The position numbers and the translations under genes are program-made. This document shows, piece after piece, positions 48,117 to 60,790 of a stretch of 64,000 nucleotides of DNA. Source of the DNA: Vicugna vicugna (lineage: Eukaryota). Position 1 is the first letter of the stretch, and each line of letters starts with the position of its first letter. The stretch is from assembly GCA_013265495.1 (NCBI GenBank), contig MU058257.1:565418-629417 (forward strand), given 5' to 3'. The notes under the pieces were generated by a model. It ran no database searches. It saw only the letters and a program-made list of their open reading frames with translations, and was not told the origin of the DNA.

Positions 48117-50851
48117 TCTAAGTCAAATGCAGGAACACCACCAGGTCCTGGGCCCTGGGGAGAGTGTCTGCCTCGGGGAAAGGCTGCTAGAAGGTTCGGC
48201 CCTTCCCTTCCCCTGTGTCTCTGAAACTAAGGCTTCTATACGTGGAGAGTGCTGGTCATGGTGTGGAGGGTCATGCTGGAAGCCTGACTGTAAACTGAAG
48301 GCATAAAATCATCACCCAGCTATGTGCCCGGGGCCTGAGCGGGATGAGCTGCATCCCTGAGCTACACTCCTCGTCATCTGATTCCTTAGAGAGTCCGGTT
48401 AGTCAAGGCTCTCAGCCCAATGCTTCCAGCCGATGCTTTGGTGAGCTCCGTGGTTCAGGGAGCTGAAGCAGGACCCAGGTCTGCAGGCAAGGAGTGGGCT
48501 GCACTGGTGCCTAGGAAGCCCCCCCACCATTTCCACATATTTTCCAGGCTGACTAGAACATGGGGAGTGGGGAACGGCCTTCCCCAGCCCTGGGGGCTCA
48601 GTGAGCCTGCCCGCCCCCCCCGCCCCGGGCTGTGCAGCGGGAAAGCGGATCTGGCCCCACTCCAGGGGCCAAGGAAACAGAGTCTTGTCAATGGGGGGGG
48701 CGCTTTCAGCAAGGACACTGAAGGACAAGGATGGGGGAAGAGGTTTCGGGGCTTGACAGAGCTGTTACCCTCCAGTCTGTTAGGAGCCAGCGAAGCATGG
48801 AGACGGCTGAGAACTAGAAGTTGGCTTTTGGCACCTCGGAGTCTCCCCAGCTAAGCAGAGGCTGTGAAAGCCTTTATAGCTTCTCCAACGTCAGCAGTGA
48901 TGCGGCCCACAGGGAGGGGGCTGCTGATGGAGGGGGGGCAGGGGAGGGGCGGAGGGTCTAGGAGGAAGGGGGAGGGAGGGGCTGCTCAGAGACTGACCCT
49001 CCAGGCAAGGCTGCTCCCAGGGGCCAGCTCTGGAAAACAAATTTAGAAACATTATCCCGCAGGATCTCCGTTGAAGACGTCAAGCCCAGAGGCTGGAAGA
49101 GAGGAGCCGGGCAGCGGTCTCAGGGGCCCAGACGATCCCGTGAAATCAGGGCAGCTTGGGCCAGAACAGCTCCTGAAGAGAAGAGTTAACGGATTACCCA
49201 GGTTAAGATGGAGGATCTCTCACATTCTTGAGGTCCCCATAGAAAGAGTTCAACTCAGGCACGAGCTGTGAAAAGGTGAATTCCACTTGGGGTCTCTTGC
49301 TGAAGCATAAACCCCCCCAAAACAATGCTCCCACAGGCCATTTGGGGAATCAGACACACGATCGCGTTCCTTCTGTTCCAGGCTGATGACAGAGTGAACC
49401 CCACATCCCCAGGTCTGTGATCGCACCTCGAAAATGTCAGGGAATCGTCAGGTCAGGGGATTCTGATCTCCCTGATGGAGTGAGTTCTTACTGGAATTCA
49501 AAAAGTAAACGTGAATCAGGGGTATTTTTCTTGTCCTTTTCCATCTAGTGGTAAAGCTTTTTCATCTTGGATTGGATTCCAATTGCTCCCTGGGCAGTTT
49601 TGGAAAAAAAATTGAAAGTTATAAAGCAGAGGAAGCTTTAGGCAGCTCTAAGTAATTGAGGTGAAGGTACCATCAGGATGGAAGCTGCGGGTGGATGCAG
49701 GGTGGGTCCTGGTGCCTAGAAGGTGCAGGGGCCACGTGTCAGGTCAGGGGCACAGGTACTTGATGCTGAACATTTAAAAAGTTACTTCCTGGGGGAAAAA
49801 AGTTGCTTCCTGGGGCACCATGGTTTATACCAAGATTCTCCATCCAGGGTGTCAGGGACACAATCTGAGCTCCCTGGCAGAATTTCTCTAGTTTTTCCAA
49901 GTGTGTTTTAGGTGAGGAAGGGGATTTTCATACGGGGCAGAGGGCCAGACTTCGGGGGCACTCAGAGTGCACAGCTGCTCGAAGACGCTCTGAGCCTCCT
50001 CCTCTGCCTCCCGCGGCACTGACGCGTGTTCGTATTTAAACACAAGCCAGTATTCCCTGCTTTCCTGTCCCCATGTTGAGAATGATGCTCAAGACATTGG
50101 CTTATTATTTGGGAGGATTTGGTGGCCTCTGGCCCTTCAGAATCAGGGGAGTAGAAAGGTTCTGGTCAACGAAGAGCTTCAGAAGTGAGCACTAGGCCCC
50201 GATCTCTGAGCCCGTGGGGAACAAGTGGACCCTTGGGGTGGGAGGCAGATGCTGCTCTAAACCTCTCATCCTCTGGCCCCAAAGCCCATGGGAGCCAAAG
50301 ATCTGTCCGTCCCCCCTAACCTGAAGTGTGGCGAGGACATCAATGTGGACCACTCGTGAAGGTCCTCATGTGATGCGTTTGGCCTCACTGTACAAGGCTG
50401 CCTCTGCAATGAGCTGGGAGAGACACTCTGCTCACCCACGCTGCTTTCCTTCCACGGACCACGGCGGTTCCTTCCCTCTTGTGTCCTGGGCCAGCGCTGC
50501 CCTTGTCACTGAGTGTTGAGGAGGAGGAAAGAGAAGGGTGACTCCCTGCCCATCCACCCGCCCTTCCTGCTCCCAGGAGGTTGGAAGTGTGGAAGTGTTG
50601 TCCTTCTGATCAGACGTAGGGTTTGTCTATCGGTATGTGGACGACTGAGCAGAAACCCAAGGGACAACATTAGTGTTACTCAATTGGGAAGTCAGGAGTA
50701 GATTTGAGACAGATTCAAAAAGTGAGTGAATTACGATAATTCTAGATTAGATTAAATATGAACTCTTGCATTTATTTTATTTAAAAAATTTTAAAAAGAT
50801 ATATTTATTTAATGTAATTTTATATTTTTAGGTTTTCTCTTCTTTAAAGAA

Positions 50852-50967
50852 TTTTTTTTGGTGGAAGATAGGTAAGTAGGTTTATTTATTTAACGGAGAT
50901 ACTGGGGATTGAACCCAGGACCTCGTGCATGCTAAGCACACCCTCCACCACTGAGCTCTACCCTCCC
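50852..50967 (-). mobile_element. tRNA-Ala-derived SINE (Vic-1-like)
   Basis: ACTGGGGATTGAACCCAGGACCTCGTGCATGCTAAGCACACCCTCCACCACTGAGCTCTACCCTCCC is the antisense SINE head. Confidence 0.88.
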
Positions 50968-51199
50968 TGCTGAGCTCCTACATTTTAATGTCTAACACAA
51001 CAGAAATTTATTTCTCTCTCCTGAACAGTTTGAAGCAGGTATTGAGCGATGTCGCAGTGTGGCAGTCGGGACACTTGGCTCCTCCCGTCTTGTGGTCCAG
51101 CTGTCCCCAGGCCTTTGGGCAGAAAGCGTGTACAGACAAGGCAGCCATAGATGGGTGCCTCGTAGTGGAAGTGACACGTCCTTTCCACTCATATTCCTG

Positions 51200-51700
51200 T
51201 CCCAGTTCTTAACTGATGCATAACAAATCACCCCAAACTTAGTGGCTTACAACAATGTCAACATTCGTTTTGCTCATGGACTTGCAATCTGGACAGGGCT
51301 CGGTGGAGACAGCTTGTTTCTGCTCCATTTGGTGTCTCCCGGGATGGCGTAAAGGCCGAGGGCTGGAATCACTGGCCAGCTCCTCCCTTATGTGGAAGGC
51401 TGGCGCCTGCTGGTGCATCAGCTGTGGCTATAGCCAGAACAGCTACACTTGAACTTCCCGTGTGGCTGCGGGGCTGCCTCAATGTGCGGTGCCGAAGTTC
51501 CCAGGCCGGGAGTCCCCAGGGGACAGGGCAGGAGCCGTGTCGCCTTTTATAGCTTGTCTTGATAAGCCCCAGAGGTCCCCCCAGATGAAAGTGCGAGGAC
51601 ACAGACCCTACTGCTGGACACAGGAGCATCACCATGAGACGTGTGACACGGGATCCACAGGCGTGGCTGTCTTTAGGTAACACAATCGGCCACAATTCCA
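51200..51700 (-). mobile_element. MaLR LTR (MLT1F/H-like)
   Basis: GCATAACAAATCACCCCAAACTTAGTGGCTTACAACAA...GCAATCTGGACAGGGCTCGGTGGAGACAGCTTGTTTCTGCTCCA matches the antisense MLT1 3' end; right boundary approximate. Confidence 0.72.
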
Positions 51701-52445
51701 CCCGTGAGAACCCACCTCAGGAGGCCATCCAGGTGCAAGATGAGCTTAGGAAATACAGTCACAGCTGCTCCCAAGTGACCACGATGGCAGGAAAGCCCAT
51801 TCGGGCTGGAGCTTCAAGCTCAGCCACATGCAGTAAGGAGCTCTTTCAGGTCCTGAGTGGGCCCGTTGGAAGGCTCACGGAGATAGACGTCTGCAGGAAC
51901 ACTGTGGGGCTGCGGCAGACAGAGCAGTGTCATGCTGTAACCCAGACAGACCTCAGGCTCAGCTGAGTAGCTGCAGAAACATGGCAAGTGGGATGCTTGG
52001 TCACAGGCTTTGCCCTCGCCTGCTGGTCTCTCTGCACAGCGTCTGGCCCCTTTATTCACAGAGCTCTGATTTCCTGCTGTAAGGAAGAACATGCATCCAT
52101 CTGCAGGCTAATGAATTTAATGAGCACCTACTCTGTGCCAGGCAGAGTGCTGAGCCCTGGAGAAACACAGTGAGCTAGACCAACAGAAGGCAGGGTTACC
52201 CGCTGCAGACTTGTGCCTGGTTTCAGCTGGCATGTGATGTCCTCTGAAAGACAGGTGGGTAGGTCACAAAGACGCTGGTGACTTGTGTAGCATACTGGTG
52301 GCGGGTCTGTTAACCTCATTTAACTGCCTAACTGGTAAACGGCACCCTCCCCAAGTCAGATGTGTAAGTCAGGGTTGACAGATGACCCCAGGGGGATATC
52401 CTGGTCGTACCCTTCTCTGCGGGCATTTCTTTACAGAAGCCTGCT

Positions 52446-52600
52446 GGGAGGGGATAGCTCAGTGGTAGAGCGCATGCTTTGCATGCACAATGTCCTGGGT
52501 TCAATCCCCAGTGCCTCCTTAAAAAAATATTAGGTAAATAAACCTAATAATCGCCCCCCCAAAAAAAACCTCAACAAAGACCAAACAAACAAAAAAAAGA
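52446..52600 (+). mobile_element. tRNA-Ala-derived SINE (Vic-1-like) with intact A and B boxes
   Basis: GGGAGGGGATAGCTCAGTGGTAGAGCGCATGCTTTGCATGCACAATGTCCTGGGTTCAATCCCCAGTGCCTCC followed by TAAATAAACCTAAT, a C-run and an A-rich tail. Confidence 0.9.
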
Positions 52601-53522
52601 CAACATTGTAACAGTCTGGAATAGCATTTGTGCTTTGAAATTTGGAGGCAGCGAAGAAATTCTGGATGTACCACTGCAATTAACCTGCATTGATCTGTAA
52701 TTGGCATTCATTTAGGATCCCAGCTGGGCTGTACCATGTGTCAGCCAGACACCTCCGCAGGCCACGCAGTGACCCTCTTGAGTGTTTTGGGGACGCTGAC
52801 TGCATTTGTAAACAAGTGACATTTTGACATCTGAGAAGCGTCCTTTCTCAGAAGAGAGACAAGCCATGAAAGAAATGTCAAAATGGGGAGTGGAGAAGAT
52901 CGCTGGGTGCCTTTGGAAATGCTTCTCCCCACCCACTCTTGGGAAAAAAAAATCCCAGCTCCTCTTTTGTACCCCCTTTCAGCTGAGGCTTGTTTTGCTG
53001 AACTGGCAGAGGATGAGTGGTGGTGAACAAAGAACCCATCAAACGTGGGACAGCTTCATCGCCAGGGCTTAGAAGAAGGAAGAAAGAAGTCGAGCCTGAG
53101 CCTTGCTGGTTGTGACGCAGGTCGGGGGAGACGGCTTCATCAACAACTGAGGGGGACTGACTGCTGTTTTTTTAGGGAGTTGGAAGCCGCAGAACAGGAT
53201 GTGCCTCATCTGAGGCCATGAGAAGCCGCCACACAAATGAAAAGACTTGATCTTCAGAATCAGGGCTTCTGCACTCAGCTGTGTGATGTCCCCTTCCAAG
53301 TACTTATCACGGGTGGCTCTAGACATAAGCTGACTGTGTCATTACTCAAGACATGCTTGGAATTCCTCTTCTGAGACAGAAGCGTATTCTCCTTGAACAT
53401 TTCAGCTCTAAAATAATTTGGAGCCAAATTTAGGAAGTGAGATAGACATGTAAGCTGAGTCTAATAGAGATGTGTGTGTGTGATATAAAAGAGGTGTGCA
53501 TAACGCAGTGAGAATGGTTTTC

Positions 53523-53647
53523 CTTCTTTCTTCCTTTAAAAATTCTTATTTTTTATTGAAGTGTAGTTGATTTACAATGTTAGTTTCAGGTTATAGCAAA
53601 GCAATTCAGTTATACGTATACATACATATGTATATATATTTTTTTCA
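53523..53647 (-). mobile_element. Short LINE-1 3' stub
   Basis: TTTTATTGAAGTGTAGTTGATTTACAATG; TSD TGAGAATG(G/A)TTTTC at 53509-53522 and 53648-53661. Confidence 0.85.
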
Positions 53648-53794
53648 TGAGAATGATTTTCTTATGTGGATTTTAAGCTGGGCTCTGAAGACATTTCTCA
53701 AGGAGTGCAACCCACTTTGTTGGAAAGATATTGGCATTGGTGGAAGATGTCTATGACTTAACGTTTCCTATGCTTATTTGGCTTTGGGATCCTT

Positions 53795-54253
53795 TTTTTT
53801 TTTTAATTGAAGTATAGTTGATTTACAATGTTTCAGATGTACAGCAAAGTGATTCAGATTCATACATATAAATCTATTCTTTTTCAGATATATATAGTTG
53901 TGTATATAATAATATATATCTGATAAATGTATATAAATTATATATTACTTTTAGATACCTAAATATACATGCAAATTATTCTTTTTCAGATTCTTTCCCA
54001 TTACAAGGTTATTACAAGATGTTGAACATTGCTCCTTGTGCTATACTGTAGGTCCTTGCTGGGTCTCTATTTTATATATGTTAATCCCAAATTCCTGATT
54101 TATCCCTCCCCAGCTTTCCCCTTTGGTAACCCTAAGTTTGTTTTCTCTGTCTGTGAGTCTGTTTCTGTTTTGTAAATAAGTTCATTTGTCTCATTTTTTT
54201 TTTTAAGATTTCACGTACAAATGGCATCATATGATATTTGTCTTTCTCTGTGT
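53795..54253 (-). mobile_element. 5'-truncated LINE-1 3' end with expanded AT-rich segment
   Basis: Poly-T plus antisense 3'UTR; TGG(G/C)ATCCTTT repeated at both ends. Confidence 0.88.
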
Positions 54254-54682
54254 GGCATCCTTTCTTCATACATTTTTATTAACAGCCCATGGAACCACGG
54301 TTCCTCAAAACATCCTTTGGGAAGCGCTGACCTCCAGCAGTTGTAGAAGGACACACAGGATACTGAGGGAGACGCAGGACCTTCCGATGAGACAGAGTGA
54401 ATTAACCTCATGGGTCTTTTTTCTCTCCCAGTGTGCCAGTGAAGAAATAAAAAAAGACATAAACTCTTGGCGGAAGACAACAGTGGGCAGAGGATGAAAA
54501 TAAATCCCTGGGAAATGAGAAGCCCACAGAGGTGGCGATGACTCAGGAAAACGAAAGGAGATTCACTCCACCTGGATTCCTGAGAGGAGTCGCTGCAGAC
54601 AGTTGAGCTGATTTGCACCTAGTCTGGCTCAGAACTGGGAGGCACGAGATACTGCTTTGAAACCTAGTTTGTTGATGAGATG

Positions 54683-54900
54683 CTATTACAGATCAAATGT
54701 GTTCTCCCCCAAAACTCATTATGTTGAAACCCTAACCCCCTGATGTGAGCCAGGTCCACACTCGTTCTGCTCACCTCATGGCAGGCCAATAAATCGGGAG
54801 ACAAGGTGTTGGGGCAAGGAAGAATGACTTTATTCAGAAATTCAACAGACGGAGAAGATGCGGGACTAACGTCCATCTTCCCCAAGCCGAAATTCAGGGA
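54683..54900. mobile_element. MLT1-type LTR start (54683-54740, +) abutting a probable ERV LTR fragment (54741 onward, -)
   Basis: AAATGTGTTCTCCCCCAAAACTCATTATGTTGAAACCCTAACCCCC is MLT1A/B-like; the following GGCCAATAAATCGGGAGACAAGGTGTTGGGGCAAGG...TTTATT resembles an antisense ERV LTR end; far boundary unresolved. Confidence 0.5.
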
Positions 54901-56662
54901 CGGGAAAAGCAGGACCTCCGGGGCAGCTGGTCAGAGGGGGCCAAGGACCGGGCACCAGACTCTGCATTGAGCCATCTGCTGAGGGTCAGCACACGGAGGG
55001 TGGACCAGGGTTAGGGTCGGGCAGGAGAGCCTGCGGCAGTGCTGTGATGTGCATTTCTCTTCCGACTCCTCAGCCATCCCATCCTCTCAGACGTAGCCAC
55101 TGGAAACAGCTTAGCTTGTAAGTATCAGCAATTCTGACGGTTGGTCAGGAAGCATGACGTCTTTTTATTTATTCCTTTTCAGTCTAAACAAAGGAAAACA
55201 GTCTCTCTCTAATCAAGGCAAATAATCTTGACAGAGGGTTTACTGGAAGATGGCAAGCACCCTGAGATCTTTCCCCATGGTCATGGCGCTCAGTAAATGC
55301 TGGTTGGGTGGACAGTGAGTCAGCGCCTTCCTGTTGCCTTGTTAGGTGAGGACACCTTACAGAAAAAAAATCACATCATCCAGCTCAGCTGTTCTCAAAC
55401 CTGAGCGTGCTCGGGATGGGAATTTGCATGTCGTAAATAAGTTCTCAAGGTGGGCCAGGCGTGGGTGTTTTGCACCAAAGAGCAAGCAACACCTGGTGAT
55501 ATGTGGCAGGCTGGATGGGACCTACAGAAAAAGGTGACGCTTGGTGTGGACTTGCAGCGAGGGCCACGCCTGGAGGGCACAGCTGCAGACACCGTGCTTT
55601 CCTTCCTGCCGCTGAGAAGTTGGAGCAGCATTTTCTACAGAAAAAGGAACTCGATGATGGTAACAACCAACCTGTAAAGTGCAGTGTAGAACCGGCCACA
55701 CAGCATGGCTCTGAGCAGGGCTGAAATCCCCTTTCTCTCCCCAGTAACCCCATCCCCTTGGATTGAGTTTCAGCACCATTTACTAGGCACTGACTTTGTA
55801 CCAGGTACCATGCTTGGGTCTGGAGACAAAAGATGTTTAGGAAATGAAGGTCGTCAAAACTTCCCCTGCACCTGCACTTCCTTTGGGTAAAAATGCAGCC
55901 GTGTTCCCTGTGAATTCAAGTGGCCAGGCTGGTGCGAGTGGAGTGAGCAATGGTGAGCAGGTGCAGGCTGCTAAGGTGTGAACCTGGGACAGCAGTTTTT
56001 GCCATCCTAGTTGGTGAGCAGCTTTGCTGTGTGACTCGGTTCCAGGGCAGTGGACGGCTGCTCTTGCCTGGAGGAGCCCAGCCTGTGGGTCACTTTGGTA
56101 CAGGACAGCAGCCTTGGTGTCCAAACCAGGTGGTGAGGCATTTGGAAACCACATCCCAGTGATCCCAGCTTGGCAGTTTCCAAGGAAACAGGACCCCACA
56201 GGGAGTCCACTTCTTAGCACTGCTGGTAATCAGACTGGGATGTTCCTAACACAACCTAGATTTTAAAAAAATGTTTCTGACAGGACCTGGCCAAGGCCAC
56301 ATAGGGTCCGTCCCAAGGCACTTCCACAGCTGAGAGAGGAGGGGTGACCTCTCTCCTGTGAGCGATGATAACTTTTCTCACCTAATGACAACATTCCCCG
56401 TGACTCCCTCAGCCCCGCTTCAGTCCTCTTGCCCGAGTAATGACTACTGCAGGCGTAGTAGTTTCTAAGCTGCCTGTGGCGTGGCGGTTCCGACACGGAG
56501 CGGTTCCCCCTTCCCCACTCCGTCTTGAAAATCATTCTCCATCAGCCGAGACCCCCTTTTGATGAGCTGCTCCATAGCTCCTGAGGAGTTCCATCTCTCT
56601 TGGTGTAAACTAGTTACTAAGCCTAAATCTGTTTGGCTGCAGGTGTGTTCCTGGTGGTCTAT

Positions 56663-57133
56663 TAAGGTGGGAAGCCCCATTAAAAAAGGCCGGCAGGACC
56701 CCCAGGCAGGGCCACTACCCTCCTGCCAGAACCATCCGATTCCCTGGCCCTGCGGCTCTATCTCATTTTTTGGCTCTGAAACGGTTTGCTTCTAGGAAAG
56801 TGGAACTGACCCCTAAGATTCTGTTGGTTCCCTGATCTCACTCCTGATTGGTCCATTTTTACAAAGCTTGTTCCTAATTCGTCAACTTTTGTTATACGTT
56901 ATTTGCATATGATGTTGCAAAGTGTAAACTGGCAGCCTATAAAAGCCTGTGTAAACCTACAGCCGGGGTCCAGAGCTTGGAGTGTTAACTCCTCTGGGCC
57001 CACTGGCGTGATAAACCTGAGTTCTCCAACTCCCCGAGTGCTGCTTGGTTTCTCGCCCGGATCCAGGTTGCTGTCACAACTGAGCTGTGACACCGAGCGG
57101 TAACACTGAGCTGACACATGCTTTTCTGCAACA
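56663..57133 (+). mobile_element. ERV1-class solo LTR (copy B)
   Basis: Colinear with 3432-3986; TATAAAA near 56938, ATTTGCAT 56901-56908, ends TTTTCTGCAACA; 5' TG reads TA; no clear TSD. Confidence 0.88.
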
Positions 57134-58503
57134 TTTCATCTGATGGGCTTTGTCAAAGGGCTACGGTTGGCAAACGTGGGATTCTTCTCCCTACCCCCAC
57201 TCCTCCATGGGGCACTGGTAAATGTTTTATAGAGTCTCTAAAAAGAGGAGAAAAGAAAAAAGCGCTGACTTGCAGGGTTTGCCCATTTGTGTGGTTGTAA
57301 ATATTCCCACTCCGGTCAGTTTCAAGCTACCAGTATGGGTCCCTGAACATGGAGTTGGGAAGAGACATACATCTTTGGGCCTCAAGGGGTCTGCACCGGT
57401 GGGTTCCAGCACATCTCTGCTACCTTCTCACCCCCTGCCTCAAGCAACATTTTTTGCTCATTGAGTTTTCCAGAATTTGTGTCCTTGGAGTCACTGGTCT
57501 TTCCTTTCCCTGTATTTGTGTGAGGAGCCAGGCGCTTGGCTGATTTATAAGCAGTTTCTGAAGCATGTCATGACTGAAACAGATGCTCATGGACAGAGAT
57601 CTTGCATAGAAAAGCCGGCAAGTAGCAAAGAACCCAGAATCTCAGAGACCAGCATGTCATAGTCAGTGGCTTCCTGGCCAAAGCAGAGGGCAAACGACTT
57701 CGTCCTGGGGGAGAGAAACACCCCCTCTTGGGTAGCAACGCCAGCTGATCTTACTTTGGCCCGGGCTTAATCTGTAAAACTGACAGCAAGACCTGCCTTT
57801 TTTCTTACCCTGCAAAGAAGATTATCTTTGTGGAATACCCCTGAAGTAATTATAGATAATGGTCCAGATCTGGCACTTACAAGTTCCGCCACTTGGCTGA
57901 GAAATGAATTCCCTATCTGCTACTACAAGACCTCATTATGTGCTGCACTGGTGGATTGGTAATGAAGACTTAAAAAGTGTCTGATAGCAAAAGCAGCTTC
58001 TTTCTTAGCCTGACTGGCCTCCAGAGCAGGGCCCCAGGGAACAGAGGCCTGAACTCAATGCAAATTTCAAACCAGATTACCAGCAGCATCCTGTCATCCC
58101 CTTGGAACGCTGGGAATGTGGGGATGTGAAAAGCCAACAAAGACAGACCATAGTTAAGGGGAAAGGAAAAAAAGACAGGACTCTTCAGTTTGATGGCGAG
58201 AAAGAAACTGGCTTAAGGTGGGCTGAGAAGATTGGTATTCTTTTTCTAAAAAGGCGTAAGAGCCTTTGACAAGACTACAAAGGAAACAGGTCTCACTTGA
58301 AGTCAGTGCTCTGCTCAGCAGATTTGTGTAGTAGCTTTCCTGTGCTCCAGGTACCAAAAATGAGTTTTACCATCTACTGAGGGAGCAGAGCGTTCGAGCT
58401 GGTCATTTGCTTCTCTGCTCTGAGATCCGAGCTTAGACATTCCCCGGAAGGTTGCATTTCCCGGGCTCCCTGACCAGCTGGCTTTGGGCCACATTTAAGG
58501 CAG

Positions 58504-58945
58504 TGGGACCGAATTAAGACTGAGAGTTTGGGTGAAGTAGAAAAGGCAGGTTTATTTCTTTACCCAGCAAAGGAGGTCCCAGTGGGCTTAGCAAGCCTGC
58601 AAGACCGAGCACCTGAGGGGAGAGCAGGTCGGGCTTTGACGGCAGCTCAGGGGAGGCGCTGATTTCCGTGGAGATCGCGTGCAGCGTAAGGACGCGCTGC
58701 GAGGCTGTGCCTGTTTCCACAGAGGCCGCGGTCCCCTTTGTCCTGCAGGGTTTGATGTTCACCACCAGCTTTGGGAGTCTAATATTCTTGTGCCTAGAAC
58801 AGAGGTGCTTGGGAAAGGGGTCCGTGGAAAACAGCTCTAGAGAGCACTTTTGTGCATTTTAAAGTCAGGCTGATAAATGCTTCTGGCCTTTAAAGCAGGC
58901 TGAGGCCTGGGACCTCTTGCTGCGCTGTTTGCACAGGTGGGAACA
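58504..58945 (-). mobile_element. Probable ERV solo LTR
   Basis: TG...CA ends with near-TSD GCAG/ACAG; TTTATT at 58551-58556 is AATAAA on the minus strand near its 3' end. Confidence 0.5.
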
Positions 58946-59745
58946 ACAGAATAGGAGGAAACCAAAAGGCTAAAAATAACTGCAGACATGCACAGTTGGG
59001 GCGAGTTATGAACAAGATGCACAAAACACCCAACTGCTGTCTCCAAGGTGGGTGGTGTCGGGAGCAAGATGAATTGGGCGGTGGGCAGATCACCCGAGTC
59101 CCCTCTCCTCACCAGCCCAATCCTGGTCGGCAAAAGCAGGAGAAAACCGTTTAAATGATTACACAGTGAAGCAGTTACAAATACTGTGTGGTCCCCGGTG
59201 ACAACAGAGTCCTGCTCCGTTACAGCACTAGCAGGAGACAGGGGATGGCTGGGGTGACCGTGCCAGTCTCTCTCTGCTTTGGGTGGAGCCCCAGGGAGGC
59301 CAACTCCCATGGACCTGACCTGGCCAGGAACCCTCGGCCTCTGGGCCCTGATAACAGCTCCTTTTACCGTTTGTTCCTCCAGCCCAGGCAGATATCAGCA
59401 ACTGTCCAGGGTAATTAAAATCTGCATCACCTCTCAGTCCCCTCTTGGGCTTCACAAGTCTCTCAACACCTTTGTAACTAGTTTATTGCATTAAATTCCT
59501 CCTGTTGACCTGGAATGAGCTTGCTTTTATTGTCTAACATGATGCCACTAGAAAGAGAATCTGTGCCAAGTGCTGGGGGTACTGAGACGGTGGTGTGCTC
59601 TCACTGGTGGGGACCAGGAAGGTTTATGGTAAGTGGGAAATTTGAGTGCCACTCCAGAACTGAGTAGGAAGTTCCCAGGCAAGCAGGTGAGGAGGAGGAA
59701 GCAGGAGGAGAGAGAGTATCCCCTTTGTTTGCAAAAAGCACGGCA

Positions 59746-59876
59746 GGGGGAGGGTGCCGCTCAGAGTGCATGCCTACCATGTATGAGGTCCTGGGTTCAA
59801 TCCCCAGGACCTCCATTAAAAAAAATTAAATAATAAATAAATACACTTAATTACCTCCCAACAACAAAATAAAAAT
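59746..59876 (+). mobile_element. tRNA-Ala-derived SINE (Vic-1-like)
   Basis: GGGGGAGGGTG...GAGTGCATGCCTACCATGTATGAGGTCCTGGGTTCAATCCCCAGGACCTCC plus A-rich tail. Confidence 0.85.
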
Positions 59877-60221
59877 ATAGATCATTATTCAAAAAACGAA
59901 AACCAGGGCAGTGCGACAGAATATGGAGTTTTCGAGGAATATCAGAACACAGCTGGAAACGTCAGCCCTGGTTCTGTACTCAGTCTCCCTGTGCAGAGGA
60001 CTGTTTGCCTCGTCAGCACCCACTGGGGAAACCGTGTACTTAGCCTCATACCTCTGTTTCCCAACGTCTCCAAACTGCAAGGCACTCTTATTGAAAATCA
60101 GATAGTGACTTTCTGGAAGATTCGCTTCTTGCTCGCCTCGGTTCTACCAGATATGGGGGTGGAGAGACAGAGACTTTCCAAGTCACTGCTTGGAAACAAC
60201 CCAGAGCACTTCTGTTTAACA

Positions 60222-60232
60222 TCTTTCTTTCC

Positions 60233-60288
<56 letters not shown>

Positions 60289-60695
60289 TTTCGTTGACGT
60301 ACAACGTTGTGTTAGTCTCTGGTGTACACATGGTATTTCAGTCATACACACATACTTTTTCATTATAGGTTATTACAAGATATTGAGCATAGTTCCCCAT
60401 GCTCTACAGTAGGTCCTTGTTGTTTATCTATTTCATATACAATAGTTTGTATCTGCTAATCCCAAACTCTCAGTTTATCCACCTACCCCTTCCCATTTGG
60501 TAACCATGAGTTTGTTTTCTATGTCTGTGAGTCTGTTTCTGTTTTGTAAATAAGTTCATTTGTATCATTTTTTAAAGGTTCCACATATAAGTGATCATAT
60601 ATATTTATCTTTTTGTCTGACTTACTTCACTTGGGTCCATCCATGTTGCTGCAAATGGCATGGTTTAATTCTTTTTTATGGCTGAGTAGTATTCC

Positions 60696-60748
<53 letters not shown>

Positions 60749-60790
60749 CATATTTTCTTTATCCAATCCTCTGTCAATGGACATTTAAAC
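60222..60790 (-). mobile_element. LINE-1 3' end with (TTTC)n tail (~60222-60290) and internal (TG)n (60698-60746)
   Basis: Antisense 3'UTR and ORF2 tail (CCATCCATGTTGCTGCAAATGGC...GGCTGAGTAGTATTCCA); microsatellites seen directly. Confidence 0.9.

Noticed and set aside
52446..52520. tRNA-Ala gene
   Set aside because: Imperfect acceptor and variable regions, followed by the SINE body and A-rich tail shared with four other copies; classed as SINE.
3432..57133. Single giant provirus bounded by the two LTRs
   Set aside because: LTR A has its own TSD on both sides, no primer-binding site or gag/pol/env is visible, and 53 kb is far too long.
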